Positions 63,652-64,000 of a stretch of 64,000 nucleotides of DNA are shown here, piece after piece. A program made the position numbers and the translations under genes. Location of the stretch: the NCBI RefSeq assembly GCF_018350175.1, contig NC_058368.1:210492001-210556000 (forward strand), written 5' to 3'. Position 1 is the first letter of the stretch. The number at the start of each line of letters is the position of its first letter. This stretch comes from Felis catus (Eukaryota). The notes beneath the pieces are model-generated. The model was not told where the DNA came from. It saw only the letters and a program-made list of their open reading frames with translations, and did not search any database.

Positions 63652-64000
63652 TTGTATTAGTTAGTAATTTGGCTGTAAGTAATAGAGAACCTGACCAAAG
63701 GTGTATTAAGCAAATAGGGGCTTCTGTTTCTCACAAGCTGCGAATGTGAAGTCAGGCAATTGCCAGAACTCGTTCAGCGGCACAGTGATGGTAGGGCTGT
63801 AAGTTGGTACCTCTGTGATTCCCTTGGCTTTTCCCTTGTGATTGCACGAAGGCTGTCACATCTCCAGACAGTGCCTTCTCGTTCAAGGCAGGAAGAGGCA
63901 AAGGAGATGGAAGAGTTCTCCCAGAGCCCTCAGTACTTTTCAGCTGAGTCTCTGGCCAGAACTCATTCCCACTGCCACCCAACTGAAAGTGGAACGTAGC
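63652..64000. mobile_element. MLT1-like LTR fragment running to window end
   Basis: tgtattagttag...ggctgtaagtaatagagaacc...tttctcac, resembling an MLT1J/K end. Confidence 0.5.

Noticed and set aside
57123..64000. Coding exons of a downstream gene
   Set aside because: The region is mostly L2, MIR, MER58, MLT1 and SINE remnants; none of the ORFs resembles an EF-hand or other known protein.

Overview
Mammalian genomic DNA, almost certainly from a cat-family animal (young SINEC_Fc-type CanSINEs and carnivore L1s). The window holds one complete + strand, 7-exon UDP-glycosyltransferase 3A (UGT3A family) gene. Its CDS is 7332-7425, 17001-17102, 36733-36841, 42369-42900, 48343-48574, 49894-50113 and 51229-51505. 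That is 1566 nt, 521 aa, all GT-AG introns, and an open frame from signal peptide to ER dilysine tail. The introns are inflated by several long and nested LINE-1s and many SINEs. The most interesting observations are: (1) the sugar-donor-selecting end of the UGT signature reads IPV-LKEQ instead of the FGDQ/NGDQ of human UGT3A2/UGT3A1; (2) exon 3 appears to have lost its ancestral acceptor and to be rescued by an in-frame AAG acceptor 6 nt downstream; (3) 2561-3433 is a diverged direct copy of the gene's own 3' flank (54684-55746), implying a tandem UGT3A duplication with a paralog left of the window; (4) the last exon has a sharp GC3 jump; (5) an RFX/forkhead promoter-like element near 56.8-57.1 kb is probably the start of the neighbouring CAPSL gene. 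I see no evidence for a wholly new system. The best candidate for novelty is a lineage-specific UGT3A paralog with possibly altered UDP-sugar specificity. Comparisons with human genes and repeat family names are from memory and were not computed.
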